From Parasitella parasitica NRRL 2501 (lineage: Eukaryota; Fungi; Mucoromycota): 64,000 nt of DNA. Where the stretch lies: assembly GCA_025201805.1 (NCBI GenBank), contig MU619249.1, positions 233,109-297,108 of the forward strand, in the 5' to 3' direction. The notes under the pieces were generated by a model. The model was not told where the DNA came from. It worked only from the letters and a program-made list of their open reading frames with translations, and searched no databases. Positions within the stretch are counted from its first letter, which is position 1; every line of letters begins with the position of its first letter. Shown piece by piece: positions 62,993 to 64,000 of the stretch. The position numbers and the translations under genes were made by a program.

Positions 62993-64000
62993 ATGAAATT
63001 ATTCACAATCTCATCTGGCATTATTACTGTTACCATCGCTTCATTAGGCATTGTTAGTGCAGCTAATAATGTTAAATACTCAGTTGTTGCATTCCCTGGA
63101 GAGGACGATATTGTTGCTGTCACTATTGACAATCAAAACTATCCGCTTAAAGCTGGAAATTTAAGCTCTAATCTCTTTACAGGTGTTGCTCCTTATGCCC
63201 AGGAGTACCATTATACCTATTTGACATCCAATGGCTTCGTATCTGAAGATGTTGTCCGTCATTTGCCTGATTCCGCTACGACCACCTTCAATGAATTTTT
63301 CAACAGATCAAAAACTGTGTATGATATACCTCCTCTTCCAAAAGCTTACGACGATATTTATCCTGGTAATTAATACTTTGTTACTATAAATCAACTTATA
63401 AGACTAACATTCTTCCAAAAAGCTCTTCACAGCGGCATGAATAATTCTAATTCTATCTCTACAATTATCATCAATGTCGATATGAAGGCGGTCAAGAAAA
63501 TTTTGGCAAAGCCTGAAGATGATCACAAGTTTGCTCAAGTTTACAACATGAGTTATATTAGTCATGATGCTGTTTACAACTTTCAAGGTGCTGGCATCAA
63601 GAACAGTGGTCAATCTTCCAAGGAATATGCCAAGCAATCCTTCAAGATCAAATTTAACAAGTTTTACAATGGGACCGAAGATGCACTCTTTGGTCGCCGT
63701 GGATTCAAATTGCGTGCTGGAGCCGATGAACCGACTATGCTGAGAGAGAAGCTCATGCAAGACTCTCTTGCTGCTGCTGGTGTTGCTACTCTTAGTGGTA
63801 ACTGGGTCCGTTTATTTGTGAACAATGAAGCTTTTGGATTATACTTAATGATCGATGAGACTTCCAAGGGCTTTACTGAGAACTTGATCAACGGCGGTGT
63901 TGTCACCAAGGCTACTGGCGCTACATACAAGGGCAACGCCTTAGGAGACAATAAGAATGAGGCTAATCTTGTCTACAAAGGAAAAAAGGCATCTAACTAC
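62993..64000 (+). CDS. cotH: Second CotH-family protein (runs off the window end)
   Basis: Signal peptide; VKYSVVAFP, NEFFNRS, SGQSSKEYAKQSFK and FKLRAGADEPTMLREKL; first intron in the same position as in the 39249 gene. Confidence 0.92.

Overview
Eukaryotic, intron-rich fungal DNA. Two CotH genes, a GPI-type chitin deacetylase, short introns and polyQ tracts point to Mucorales (Mucoromycota). It is a draft scaffold with several N gaps. About 27 recognisable genes are present: VPS9-CUE, OSBP/Kes1, hexokinase-like, PhnP-like MBL hydrolase, GLTSCR1-domain, LCL3 SNase, DNAJC9, GID4/VID24, CENP-S/MHF1, chitin deacetylase, PMP3, Pcl-type cyclin, TAD1/ADAT1, Dis3L2/Ssd1-like, ArfGAP, two CotH, SPF27, MFS, homeobox, GDSL esterase, AVT3/4, LSM5, ABCB transporter and a metallophosphoesterase. 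The most interesting signals are not in the ORF track. (1) A 59-aa secreted cystine-knot (knottin/conotoxin-like framework) peptide gene at 36766-36945 (-), with one clear and one or two possible decayed paralogs spaced about 600 bp apart. (2) A decayed ORF at 42002-42604 resembling the N-terminal half of a Fanzor1 (eukaryotic TnpB-like) protein, cut off by an approximately 1-kb fold-back inverted repeat. (3) Two probable pseudo-enzymes: a hexokinase lacking the catalytic Asp and an RNase II-family protein lacking the catalytic Asp motif. Exon boundaries were inferred by eye from GT-AG sites. Family assignments come from motif recognition, not from database searches.
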